From Perkinsus olseni (lineage: Eukaryota), in NCBI GenBank assembly GCA_013115125.1, contig JABANN010000015.1:62001-126000 (forward strand): a stretch of DNA of 64,000 nucleotides, written 5' to 3'. Below, piece by piece: positions 48,510-62,300 of the stretch; positions within the stretch are counted from its first letter, which is position 1; every line of letters starts with the position of its first letter. The translations under genes and the position numbers were made by a program. Under the pieces are notes generated by a model. That model ran no database searches, was not told where the DNA came from, and was given only the letters and a program-made list of their open reading frames with translations.

Positions 48510-51130
48510 ATGTCTTCCGCAAGCGGCGTTAAGGTCCAAGCTCATCTTTACGATCTCTCCCAAGGTATGGCCCGACAGATGAGCCCTATGATACTGGGAA
48601 AGCAGATTGAAGTGAGAGGTTCACCATTGCGGGCTCCCCTCGTACGCGTGGAAGGCTCCAATCAACTGTGCTATGACACTGAATGGTGGTACGCGGAAGG
48701 GAATGAGCTCGAATGATGATGACGAAACAACATGAATAGTATCCTAGGTCGACCCTGGCTCTTAACAGGTTCCATATGCGTATGTCTGTTTCAGGGTATC
48801 TGGCACACGGGAGTGGTGGTGTTTGGATTGGAGTACTACTACGGAGGAGGTAGTGTCTCCACCGTCACCCTCCATCAACTATCATCAGCCAGCTTCCCTC
48901 AGGTATTTGTGTATCCCCTCCTCCCGCCGTGCCTGGCATGCCCTACCAGACCATAGACCTCGGTGAGTCGACCGGTGTTACAATTCACGATCGTCGGCAC
49001 GATGTGCCTGACGCTCGGGTACGAGGAGTCCTTCCCCCGACTTCATTTCCCAGGTTTTACCCACAAGACGAGAGATCAGCTAAACGCTTATCTACAGTCG
49101 ATATGGAACAGGTGGATCGTTGAGGCTAAAGGCGTGCCTGCTATTGTAGCTATTCTCTAGATACACCACAGAAACCTACAGTCTGCTCAACAACAACTGT
49201 AACAATTTCGCTGATGATATCGCCAAGTAAGGTACCTCCAGCCCTGTGTTCAAACCCCAACTACCGTTGCACTCTGTCCACTATGGATCGGCGATGCTGT
49301 TTGTGTGTCAAGCAGCTCGTCTGGAGTTCATGATATGCTCATGGCCGTGTGTTCAGGTTTTTACTGAACGGCCAGGGGCTGCCGTCATGTACGTCGGAGG
49401 AGGTCCACTGCCGTATCTAGTATGATAGCTATTGTTGTTAGATATCGTCGATCTTCCCAATGAGGCCCTGTCCTCCCCTATGGGTGCCATGCTTCGACCT
49501 ATGATAGAGAACATGGAAGCTCAGATGAGGCAGTCGGTAGGCTTCACACTGCTCGGACGCGCTCCTCATGACTGCCTCCTCAGATTAACCCCACCAATAT
49601 CGGCGGTTTAAACCCCTTGCAAAATCATACATCAAATTTGCCAAGTAATTAGTACTCGGTGAAGAAGCCCATGCGAAACTACTCTCCTGCTCACCCCAGA
49701 TGCACCAGCCGCACCACAGCTCGCACAGTCCACGGGCAACGGCAGCGCCAGTAGTGCTGAACCCGCCCCGAGTGTGCCCGCGGAAGCAGAATGGGAAGGT
49801 GGGACTTCGACATCATCTCCTATTTGATAACGAGTTTTCCTTTCAGCACCAGCTAAGCTCGATTTTACCCCTCACCGTTTGCCCAAGGACACTCGCATGC
49901 TCAACTTGGCCGTCGCCAAGCTAAGCAAGCTCGGAATTAGTAACGTGGACTCGATCACCCATGCCGTGACGGAAGGCGCGATCAGTGATGAGTCCACAGC
50001 CACTATGAATGTCATTCTCGATACTACAGTGAGTCTGCTACGGGCGCACGGCCTCCTCGAGATGCCCCCTTCAGGCCCAGTACGAACCAAGATCCTTCTC
50101 GAACTACGTGTTAGCCGTAGGGGCGCTCGTGAGGAACTGGCTTACAGTAAGGCTTCTGTAATGGAGACGCGCCCTGATGACAATTGGACTGCCTAGATAC
50201 CTGGAGCCGAGAAGGCCTCCAATCTGGCAGCCTGGCTGAAGAAGAGTGCTGATGCGTTCGAGGACATGAACAATGCTGTCCGTACGTTCCCTCAACGGCT
50301 TCTCGCTCTCTGTTTCTCGGAGCAGTTTCACTCGTCGTACAGGTGCCATGCTTCTCACGGCCGTTATGAACATTAGTAATGCCACTAACCGACTGGACGC
50401 CGATCTAGCATCGATCGCGCAGCACGCAGGTGAGGGCACTGCTTCGCGCTCGCCACTGACGAGGTTGGTATCTTACAGTTTCATGGGCGACCAATGGCCA
50501 TAGCGTCCCCTTCTCTGCACGAAAGCTTTGCTACGAATTTGCTGCCAACACTCTATACTCCTTGAAGGCGGACACTCCTATGGAGGGCTCGGAGGTCCTT
50601 TCTGATCTGGTAAGAGGTTGAGCCCTATGCAGTCGAGTGGTCTTGGTGTGTAACGCGAGTTGATCGGGGCCCTCTGAGAATCTTAGTCTTGCCCTACTCG
50701 CGTACCTGAGCGCTACATGCATGACTCGTTGAAGTGGTCCACACCAATCCCTCTTCAAACGAGATACATCGTTGCTAGTCTGAGGGCGTTGAACGTAGCT
50801 AAGGCACTCGAAGCTCCCTCGATCGGAGAAATGCTGAATTTTTCGCACGTTTTATCCGGCGTCTTCGCGTCGAATTGTACGCCTCGACTGAAGCTTGTCC
50901 CCTCTCAGACCCTCAGTTTATACGGTGAGATTCTCAGCGACTCCGACAACAGCTGTACATCAGCGCGCTTGGAGGCTGCCCGGATTGGTCTGGAGCGGTT
51001 GCCACATTTAAGAGAGTTCCTCAAGGACCTGTCGATTGACTTCCTAGATCTCGATGATGATGCTGTTGGGAAGCTCGACAAGACTTCTCAGGAGCATGTC
51101 AAGGTCATACGCTTCTACTTGCGTGTCTGA
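48510..51130 (+). CDS. DESI1: DeSI/PPPDE isopeptidase with C-terminal helical (PUL-like) extension
   Basis: LYDLSQGMARQMSPMILGKQIE|GIWHTGVVVFGLEYYYGG, YSLLNNNCNNFA (His/Cys dyad), IVDLPNEALSSPMG. Confidence 0.92.
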
Positions 51131-51671
51131 ACTGTTGGTTTATACACCTCAAATACCGATGCCTTTTGTAACGCTGCCATTAGCACCCAATCATCATGTT
51201 GTGTTCAAGTTCGAAGGTGATTATTTCCCGTACGCTGTAGGAACCACTGAAAAGCGAAACTAATGGATAGATTTTTATCGAACTTCTGATCTATGGGATA
51301 TATCTCTTCTGTCTATGTATCTACCTTTCAACCGGCTATTATCAGTAGTCGTATTTTCGACCGTGTTGCGAAATATTTTCTGTTTTTGTGATATTCCAAC
51401 TCCGCAAATCGGAGTACGAAGTTCTCATCTTTGGCAGGTGTTACACATCTTATTAACAAATTCTTTTATATAATTCCCCACCATGAGAGAAAATAATTAA
51501 TCAACTCTCTCCGCCGAAGCCGCCTTCCATTCCCGAAATACAACGCAACAAAAATTAGCTATCCTCAGAACCAGCGGGCACAAGGAACCAGCGCCATCCG
51601 GGTGGTGGCCACCGCCAACTCAGGAAGGCGGCAGCAACACCTAGACTACGTCGGCAACGACAATGAGGGTC

Positions 51672-52218
51672 TTATCGCAGCTTCTTCTTGGGGCGCAATT
51701 GATTGGAGTGACCACACTTCTTCTTACGGCAGTTCACTGCGCGAGGGGGAAGACGAGCGTAGCACTTGCGGCAGATCATCTTGTCGCAGTTGTACTTCCT
51801 GGCCAAAACGGCGAGGGAGGGCTCGATAACACCACCACGGAGACGGAGAACGAGATGGAGAGTGGACTCTGAGAAAGAACAGAAGATGGAATAAGTACGT
51901 CGAGTAACCAAGAAATGCTCACCCTTCTGGATGTTGTAATCAGAGAGGGTACGGCCATCCTCGAGCTGCTTGCCAGCGAAGATCAAACGCTGCTGATCCG
52001 GGGGGATTCCTAAAAAACGTGATAATAAAAACTTGTATAAAATTAAGCTCGTATCAACGTGGGCGGACAGTAGAACGATGGAAAAGAAGAGTAACGGAGA
52101 GAATGTTAGTAGTACCCTCCTTGTCCTGGATCTTAGCTTTGACAGCCTCGATGGTGTCGGCGGCTTCGACATCAAGAGTGATGGTCTTGCCGGTTAGGGT
52201 CTTAACGAATATTTGCAT
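51672..52218 (-). CDS. UBA52: Ubiquitin-60S ribosomal protein L40 fusion (3 exons)
   Basis: [15 protein letters not shown]..|[18 protein letters not shown]..|[52 protein letters not shown]. Confidence 0.98.
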
Positions 52219-53182
52219 GGTTCCTGATAAACAATGCGGTGAATGAGATACCAAGATCGAAGTGGGCTTCGATAGCACCAGGGAACCTTCTACAGAAGCC
52301 CCCAAATTTAACGCAATTTACAGAGCTATGATAACGACACCCGTCGCACTTCGTGATAAGAGCAAGAAAGACGCCCCTCAAGCAACCCCACACCCTTATT
52401 ACCAAGTCCCCTCAGACGTTGGTCTCAGTACCTGCTTCTGACGAGGGCCGATCGATCGGTTGATCGATTTTGCTCAGCGCAGATTTCCAGGAAGGCCCAT
52501 TTTGGATTTTCTTGCAATTTTCGTGCAACATCTTCCACACGTCAGGAAGCACGAGCCGATTTGGAGCGGTTGAGCAGGAGATTATATCCTCAGTAGCGTC
52601 GGTGCTACTGGTTACTTCGAAAGCTACCTACTCGGTGACAATAGTTTATCTATATAACGGTAAAGCGGGCCCTTGGCCGCTGGACTCTCTCTCGTTTTAA
52701 CCGGCCGGATGAATTAGCCGTGCATTAGGGGATCGCGGCGAGTGACACGCCTCTGGAGCAGAATGAGATGATGGGTGCAACATTGGCATCATCGGACATT
52801 AAATTGCACCGTGAATACACGGCGTGATCGCGGATAGTTTACAGAATACCAGCGTGGTCACAGAAACGGGCCGTTTCAAACGGCGGGCTGCGAGAGGACA
52901 CCGGCCTTCAGAGGGGTGACGGACATATCTCCGAATATCTTAGGTTGGAACGGACATTGGCGCTGCGGGTATGCAATGCACAGAGCTCACTGAGAGGTCG
53001 TCTTTAGAATTTTTCATTTTTTGTCTGACAAATGAGAAAGCATTGCGAGTATTCAGTGGACGGGCCAAAGCTATGCGGATTATGTCAGGTCCTGATCAAT
53101 ATCCGCGTCCAAAGGTGCTCGCTCCCGCAGATGCCAAAATACAGTGGTACACTGAGGATGTACCCATAATTTATGGGCCGTA

Positions 53183-53254
53183 AGGTTCTACCGGGATTTG
53201 AACCCAGATCGCTAGATTCAGAGTCTAGAGTGCTAACCGTTACACCATAGAACC
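53183..53254 (-). tRNA. tRNA-Gln(CTG)
   Basis: GGTTCTATGGTGTAACGGTTAGCACTCTAGACTCTGAATCTAGCGATCTGGGTTCAAATCCCGGTAGAACCT. Full cloverleaf. Confidence 0.95.
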
Positions 53255-53345
53255 TGTTGAAAAGGTTGTATGTTATGCAGGGCACCCCTTGACGTCATAC
53301 TTCTCAGCATCACCGCACGTTGGCTTGTCAATTTGGTCCGGGTGA

Positions 53346-56300
53346 ATGGTACTGACGCCTGATGGAGGCGGCGATTGGTGTCCTCCCCTCGAGGCAGGGG
53401 CAGGAGATTTGAAGCATTCCTCGCAGTTCTTCTTTCATCGGCAGAATAGTTCCTCGTCACGTCCTGTGATCATACTGCTGTTTGCTGTATTTGCTCTGCG
53501 GTTACTGCCCAGCCCAGTGGGCGCTGAGGATATACACCCCAGCGAGCCTGGAGTGTGTAGCCCGAAGCGAGCTAGAAGCGGATCTGCCAGGCACGCATGG
53601 CTCGACGGGTGAGCGGGGGGCTATCGTAAAAACCGCGAGACGAATGGCTCACGAGTAGCTCGTTTGCTGATAAACAGCCTGCTCTTATAAGCTGCGGCAC
53701 TGTTCTACATTCCGAGCCGTGAGTGGATCCGACACACTTACGATGTACCTCGTTAATCACAGATACTACTCGTGTCGGGGTCTCGCATACGAGAATATCT
53801 CTGCCACCTACGCGGTGTCCGAGCGGGGTTCCTGCGCGGACACCTGCAGTAGCGAGATGGCGCTAGTGAACCATATCTGCACGAGACCACAGTAAGGCTT
53901 ACATTTTTCGCGTTGGAGTGTAGCTTTCGCCCGGCCAAGTGTATCGAAATCTGGTGGATTTTGATTTCGAGTCCAATAACGAGTGACCTCCACACGGTAT
54001 CGCGCACCTCGTGACTTGAAGTCCCCAGCAGCTCATGCGAGAAAGAGCAAGACAGTAGGCTTTCGGTGTCAGGAAATTGTACGAGACAACGTCCGTTCTC
54101 GAGATCGATGTCCTACAGCAATACCAGCCGGAATGGTGCCGGGACCCAATAGAGCTCGAACGATCGTAGGTCCCTCTGCCCTCGATTCCATGGGGCAAAT
54201 ACTTCTGATGCTCAGCCTTGCCGATCTGCAAGTGAAGCTCGCCGTTACGTTCGGTATTCCAGTGGGGGAAGTGAGGGCGGCGATCCACATGGTCGATGGG
54301 AACCCGACTGTCCTACAGCGTGAGTGACTGTCTACGATCCCGAAAAGCATTCTACTCCATCATGCATTCAACGCTTGCCTCAGTATAGGGGGCCTTGCGA
54401 ATATTCAGAGGGGTTCGCTCCCCTTCGCGGAGCATACCGTAGTCTACGAATGCTCAAGGTCCTTGAGTCAGGGAGCAAAATCTGATCTTTTTCACCGGAA
54501 AGGTTCTACCGGGATTTGAACCCAGATCGCCAGATTCAGAGTCTGAAGTGCTAACCGTTACACCATAAAACCGGCTGAACTATCTTCTCTCAACACCATT
54601 CTGCTACGATTTTGCTGTTCGCAAGGGCTCACTTTCTCAGAGGAGCATCCATGGGGATCTTACTTGCGGATCGACTGGGGAGACACTACCAACCCTGGAA
54701 CGGGAAATCGCCTACTTCAGTCAAACGGACAGGCGGCAGGTAGCCGGCTCGAGTCGAGGCGCGCGACGGCGCGACTAGCATGATCCCTCCGGTCGGGCTC
54801 CCGACAATTTCATCTGGCGATTAGTTCCTACCGAATCCTTGCGAAAGTCAATCTTGCCGAAACTGTCTCTGCGGGATAACTGGGGTTGCGCAGTAACGGC
54901 AACCATGGAGCTCAAATGCTGGGGTACACGGAACGAGTAAGTGCCTTCACCGATCTCCTCTCCGTTAATTCGCAGCAGGTACGGACAGCTACGCTCCGGC
55001 GGTACCGGTGTGAACGTCAAATCCCACGCCTCTAGCGTTAAGGCAGTAGACCTCGGTGAGTTGCGATAGCGGTTTTCTTGAGAGGGACTGCCGGTGGTTT
55101 TAGGTCGCAAGCCTGGCGTTGATCCCGTCACTGGTAACGTCAGCTTTGCGAGCCTGCCCGAATCCTATTGTCCAACAGAGGCACGGTAAAAGATTTCTCT
55201 GAGTTGCCGTTGCTTGTCTCACGAGCTGGACCATCATAGCTGCCGCGAGGCCTCCCTGCCTCAGATACGGCAGCTACTCCTCGTTGGCCCATGCAACAGC
55301 CGAATGTGCAGAGGATTCTGCTTGCTCTGGGGTCTATGACCTCGACTGTGATGGTGAAGGTCCATTCTTCAAGTGCCGTTTGGGGAGCATTGCCGAGGTG
55401 AGATTGCCTCAGTCTCTCATTCCCTCCATCGATCGTCCACCTGTAGGGCTCCTCCAGCGCCTCCTGTGTTCACATCAAGGGTTACAGCTCCCGAATGGAC
55501 CTTGCGCCCTGTGTGAACTGCGAGCAGTGTGGCATTCAGCGGGCGAGGCTCTCCGGTACCACTGGTAAGTCTGTATCAATCCCTCACCGTCTGTATATCC
55601 CCCTGTGCACTCAGGGTACGGCTGCCTGGCTGCATGCCAGCGAGATTCCTCCTGCGGTGCCGTCAGTATCCGCCTGAGTGATGGTGCATGCTTCAGTACA
55701 TCCAGTAAGTGCGATCACTCTCTCCCTTCCCTCTTTGATGATCAATCTTAGGTCCCGACTTCACCACTTGCACCAACGAGCGGTCGGACTACATAGCCTT
55801 CCTCAAAGTGACTTCGCCCAGCTCCCTGAGGACGGTGAAGCCGACCCTTTCCCCAGCGGCCGAGTGTAGCGGTGCAATCGACTCTGCATCAGACTATGAT
55901 GAGACAACGTGAGGACAACCTTATCGGCATTGTTCTCCTCCAGTTTGAGAGCTTGGAGAGAGCGTCATCTAATACGCCATGGCTTGTCTCAGATACTGGG
56001 ACGTTGACGTAACCGTGGGGACTCATTGCACCGCTTGGGTCGACCTCGGTCGTCCTACCATCACCTCCGAGGTGCGTCTCCTTCCTGTCCAGCTGCCATC
56101 CACCTCTCCTAGGTCTTCGTAGCGATCGCCGCCTCGGACGTAGCAGCCATCGGTGCCACCTTGGACGTCACCCCCTGTCCGACTCTATCGAGGTGCTCGG
56201 CCGAGAGGACCTTCTCCTGCCCACTATCCTCCCATTCCGTGGCCAGTTGGCAAGGAGCGTAGGACGACTCCCGTCCCCGGCCCGTGATTGTGCTGCCAGA

Positions 56301-59300
56301 TCCACGGCCATCGTCACCTGTTCCCTCCGCACCCAGGGCGCTCCCGTCGCCTATCGTCATTACCAAATGAAGTTCTCCAGCGGCATTCAAGTGCACGAGG
56401 TCTCTCTACGGGTAAGCTCTCCGCTCCCCTACGGTCACCCCATCTCCCCTCCCCTCAGACCATCGACTCCCCCCAGCCCCTGGCCGTGACGAGCGTTAGC
56501 ACCGGAAGCGATCACGTCTGCGTTACCCTCGGTGGCGCCCCCGACGTCGAAGGTGGTCTGTGATGCTGCTCCCTCGGTCCACTGTTCTGCTCCCAGGTGG
56601 TCTCAAGTGCTGGGGTCGATCGGACGACCTGCAGGCAGGCGGCCCTGTAGGGGAGGGGTGGTCGAAGTCGTCGGCGACGGGAGACCAGCTGCCGTAGGAC
56701 TGATGGAGACCGAGTCTTGTTGAGCGTGATAATCGTCAGACTCCTCGCGACTGGGGTCCGGCAAGTGGTCACTGGCCTCGTCACCGACTGCATCCTCACG
56801 GCTGAGCGCCAAGTGCGGTGCTGGGGGAGCAACAAGGACGGGGTGAGGCGTATGGTGCAGGGTGCCGGGATCGAACCCGATACCTTCTCTGGTGCAGGCA
56901 CTTGGTCTAGGGATGTCCTACCTGTCTAGAGGGCTCGAAGAGGCCTCTCCTGTAGCTCTGGGAACCTCAGGGCTCTCCGTCGAGCAGATCGCGGGGGCAT
57001 ACTACCACTTCTGCGCCGTCCTAGGTGAGGAGGGTCGCGTACTGGCGAGAAGAGGTCGCTGAACCTAATGGCCATTGCCCTGAACCATACCATCTATCCC
57101 CCACTTTTCCTCAGATGATGCCCTTGGGCGTGACCTTGTTAAGTGCTGGGGCTTCAACAACTACGGCCAGCTAGGCTTGGGGGACGTCCTGTCCCGAGGG
57201 AAGCACCATTCGCACATGGGTGAGGAGCACGGCCGTCCACAACCGTCAACGCAATTTCTCAGGAGATAACCTCCCACCAGCCGCCCTCATCTCGAGACAA
57301 GTGGCCGACATCTGCACTGGAATGACCTTCACCTGCGTCCTCGGCACCGAGGGGGTCCTCGAGTGCGCCGGATACATCCCTGGGGTCTACGAGAACAGTA
57401 GGGATGACCGCCGGGGGCAGCTCACCGTCGGCAGGCGTCACCTTTAGATGCCTACCAAACCGTCCCGCCGCTGCCCGCTAGCGGGGTCACTCACATGTGC
57501 TGCGGCCGAGACTTCATCTGTGCTCTCCACGACGAGAACCAATTGAGCTGTGCTGGCAGCGACGCCAACGGCCAGCTCGGAGCCGCTGCCTCCTCTGGTA
57601 AGGCCGTCCCGTTGAGAGTCTGTGCACGTCCTGGTGGTGACACAGATACCAACATCTTCACCTCCACACTGCCCGACGAAGTTACCACAGCCGAACTCAC
57701 CTGCGGAGAGGCTAATGCCTGCCTGGTAGGATCCAGCGGCCCGCGATTCTGTCGACATGTGGTTCCTTCAGACGGACGTCACCGGGCGTATCTTCTGCTG
57801 GGGCGACTCAGGAGAGAGTCGGGCAGGTCTTGGTACCGGTAGCGTTGGCACCGAGCGTCCTGTAGAGCTGGACCTCACCCACACCGACGGAGGCTTCTTC
57901 CTCACTGCTCATCATGCGTAGGCGTCTTCCCTGCCCACCCAATTTCGCGGCGCGTGACGGAGTTGATCCTGTGGCAGATTCAACAGAGCATGGCGAGCGG
58001 TGGGAGCATGTGGCGTCTTGTGGTATACCGACGACAGCTGCATGGACGAGATCAAGCCGCTCTACAGTAGGCTGACGGTCCGCAAGATCCGCTGACCTCG
58101 CGATCACAGGCACTCCCATCGACTCCTGCGAGGCCTACACAATGGCCGTGTTCCCCGATGCGGCGACAGTGCGGTGCTTCCGGGTCGTTGGTGGTAAGTT
58201 CGTTGTTGTCGTCGTTGTTGGACCACAGACTGCTTCAGATGGGCCGTCGTCGGGCTGGGTCGGCATCGAGCGTTTTGATGGTCTGAAGTTCACACCAGTA
58301 CACGAGGTCGCTGTTGCCCTCCCCGAGGACAGCTTTCGGGTCAATCCAGTATGCTCAGCCTACCAAGATCTCCCGTCACTATGTGCCTGTCGTTCAGCTC
58401 CCCAATAGGGTCTCCAACTACGAGAATCTCTGCGACCCTGAGGGGTCAGGGTGGAGCTCTGTCGAATGCTCCAGCGGTGAGTACAGGAGGGGCGACCGCG
58501 GCCTTGGTAGGGCTGCCCGCAGGTACCTGCCACTACGGCCAGTGCGTGTGCCACCGAGGCTTCGAGGGCTCGGATTGCAGCTCACTCAATATACGGGTGG
58601 GGATGACCTCCCTGCATCAAAGCCTCTGCTACTGCCGTCGATCAGGTTCCAGCCACCCCGAGTCCGCAAGCTCCCTCTGGGGGTCCTGATGCCGCCTCGG
58701 ACGGATGTGGGGCTGAGACGTCGTGCGGAGACCACGGCACTTGCCAAAGTAAGCTCACTCCGATCAACACCTCAACGCCATGGTGTTGCCGTAGGTGTGG
58801 GGGGCTCCCAGGTCTGCGTGTGCGACGAGGGCGTCATCGGCGCCAACTGTGAGAGGGAGTGCGGCATCGATCCGTAGGGCAGCACCGTCATCCTGCCTAG
58901 CAGCTGTACCCCACCCAGATACGTCCATCGAGACTGCCTGGAGCGCGCGGGGACGCCAGTGGACGCCTCGCTTGCACGGCCAGCTAGCCCGGCCAACGTC
59001 ACCACCTGCGAGTGCGACGAGGACTGGACCTTCAGAGGTGCCCCATCTCCCTCCTAGACTGCTGCCGGGATCCTGTGTCCAAGTAGGTGCCCGCTGCTCT
59101 ACCAGAAGCAATCGAGGTTGCTGCAAGTTCTCAGAGGACCCAGCAGTACGTCTGTCGATCTCCTCGCTGATCCAAGCTGCCCTCGCCGTTCAGGACCGAC
59201 CGTGGTGCAAATGCAAGGGGGTGGCGGTCTGGCACGACGACTTCTTCGAGGCCGACACGTGGCAGTTCTGCGGCATCGGCTGGAAGTGCTGGCCCAATAG

Positions 59301-62300
59301 TGGCGTGTCCGGTACCTTCCTACGGTCACTCCCCCTGGTCTAGCAGGTTGCTGTAGATAACAATCATGAAAGTCGGACCCTGCCCTCCTTGGATGAGTGC
59401 AAACTCTTTTGCCTCAATTTCGGGGCGTGTGAGAATATTGAGTAAGAGGCTGGGGTTTCGAGGCCCGGCATGGTGATGGCAGCCGATGGCAGATACGACA
59501 GTCGTACAGGCCTGTGCAACTTGTCCGTCATGAAGAAGGAGATCACTGGGTGGAACAACGGTGATGAGAGCGACTTCGTGAGTCGAACTCTGCCGCTGCT
59601 GGGCCCCTATTTGTCATCTCCATCTGGCCCAGATACTCTGCGAGCCCGTCAGTGACCTCTGCCACGCGGTAGACTGCGGGCTGCATGGCCGATGTACCGT
59701 CGAGGATGGCGGTAGAGTCGGCTGTGAGTGCACGGACGGCTACAGCGGTGCCTGGTGTGATGTGCCTCCTCCCGACGACCCTTGCCAGTTCCGTCGATGT
59801 AAGGCAGGCAGCTGGTGATGATGATCAGCTCCCCGGCCCTCCATCATTATACAGGTCCTGAGCACGGCATGTGCGCTGTGGCAGCGGCAGCAGCGTCGGG
59901 AACTGTTGGCCTCTCTCGCGAGGAGTGGATACTCGCCGTTACCACATGTCAGTTCCCTCTGCCGGCATTGTTCTTGCCAAGCCCGCTTGTTCGCCAGGCA
60001 CTTGTGACGTGGGTTGGGAGGACGGCTCCCCTGCAGAAGCGCAGTGTTCCCGCCATATCCACCTTGACGTGAGTTCTACTGTCCCTCTCCACCGCTACGC
60101 TGCTGCCTCCTTAGGTCACCGTGGTAGTCGGTATACCAGTGGTAGGAGCCATCACCAAAATGGCCGCGGCTGTCACGCTTTTGAGGAGGTGAGACTGAGG
60201 GTCTCTCTCGGTTCGCATCTTCCGACTCTGTCTTTGGCCAGCATAACCCTGGCACTACAATCTGCGGCTCCGTTCCTCCGCCTGAAGCTCAACGACGTCG
60301 ACGCTATCACCAATGGCCCGACTATAGTGACCCTCACAGTGAGCCCTCTCGACAGCGCATCTTTCTTTCCATCATTGCCATTGGTCACAGGTCCTCGCGC
60401 CTCCTGATGATGGCTACTACTCTGAGGAAATGGTCAACCTTATTGATGCGGCTCTCTCTGATGCGAGCGGTTTCTTGCGTGAGTCCTCTCTCGCCTCGTT
60501 CACAACGATCTCGGGCCGCGGGCATTCGCTCGGCTCAGGTACGCAGTCACCGCTGGCTGGTATCACAGACCAACATAGTGGAAGATTCACCCTCGATATG
60601 GTAGCCTTGCGGCCCCTCTTTAACTCTCATCCTCGGGATCTTTCAGGTCTCAGCGGTGCCGGTCTCGATGGCCACTGCAAGTATTGCCACCAAGCACATC
60701 TTGTTAAGCATAGTCGTTCAGACTGACCGCCTCACTGCGAATGAGATGGCTCTGGTTCTACGGTCCAAGGGAGGTCAGCCCATCAGATAATCTCTGTTCC
60801 AGCATAGCTTTGATGCTCCCGATAGGTATCGCTGCCGTACTGGCGACCAACGCCGGAGACACCGTTATTAAGGAACGCTACAGCAGCCGAAGCGCACGGT
60901 GAGAAGCTCCCTTCCTAGCTGGCTCCAGCTGGTCGCCTGAATGATACAGATCCTCGCCTGAGTTTACGATCGTCGAGAGTGAAGGCTTCCTCTCCAGTGC
61001 TAGCCCAGTGGTATCTGCCTCCACTATAACAGTCGCACCGGTGTGGTGGGAGGCGCAGGAACAGCAAGGCAACGTCACTACGGACGGTGAGTGGTCCGCC
61101 GCGAAAAGGATTGCTGCCATGGTGGTCTCAGGTCCCGAGGTGTCTCCCGGAGAGACCTCTTCCCTTCTGCCAATCTTAGCGTGTGCCGTTTCCGGGTTCG
61201 TATTGGTAGTGGCAGTCGGCGGCATTTGGCTGTGGAAACGCGACCGCGCGAAACGCTTGGCATCTATTGTTGCGGAAGAGGTAGATCGCTGAGTAGGTCT
61301 CATCGTCATCGTCACCTTCCAGGATCCGATTGTGTTCGCCCGAGGCTCGACGGTGCGAAGCAAACCCCAGGTGTATCCGTCAGAGGCCCCGGATAGCGGT
61401 AAAGCATCAACCCCGGTGACCCCTGAGGGTGGAACGGCTGGGAGCCCCTTCGACAACACAGCAAGTGAGAAGGACGTCAAAGCCTTGTGTCGAGGAGGCG
61501 CGAAACAGGTACATCAGACGACCCGATGGCCAACTCCTTCACATCGCATGGGAGCAAGTACAGATATACCGTGCACGGGGACCCTTCCTCACGGTGGGTT
61601 GCCGAAGTGTTTGCCCTGAGCTGGTCGCACTCACGCCTCCATTGTAGCTCCTCACAGAACCGCAGCAGCCGGCGCAGAACAGAGGGTGCTCGGGCATCCA
61701 GGCTGAAAGCACCAACGCTGGGCGAGAGTCGATGGGTATGCCACCATTCGTGGCAAAGATGTGCACTGTCTCTCACACCCACTCTGACTTCTATCGAGCA
61801 GGTTCGTCCCCATGGTGGTGAAGGGGGACCGTCAAGACCAGAACAGCGGAAGAGCCACATGTGGTCGGTAGACGATGGTGAGAGAAAGCCACAGCTAGAG
61901 CAGGACGACCGGAACCGTCCTGTATTAGGTACGGGCGATCTGGCCATACCTGACACGATCAATCCGAAGAGGCGTCCCTCATTGATCGCTCCTGGGAAAG
62001 ACCCGGTCGCCGAGGTCAGACCGCTCACCTCACGTCCGCTGCGACGGCGAAGCTTGCCTTTGGCGCAGGTCAAAGAAGACATCCTTGAGTGGACGCACTG
62101 TCATCTCGATGCTGTGGATGTTGACGCGAGAAGGAAGGCATTCCGACAACTACAGGTGAATGCCTCGTCAAATGTTACACCACCGAATCAGATCACTTTC
62201 CTAGGCGCTGTGGCATCCGGACAAGTTCGATGACGATCCGTCTAAGGCGGCTGTGACAGTGGTCTTTCAGTACCTGCAGTCTTTGAAGCAAATGTTCACT

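Noticed and set aside
7498-52218. Functional cluster of ubiquitin/ESCRT/autophagy genes (Deltex, VPS32, PB1-ZZ, DeSI, UBA52)
   Set aside because: The genes are interspersed with unrelated genes on both strands, which is compatible with chance in a dense genome.
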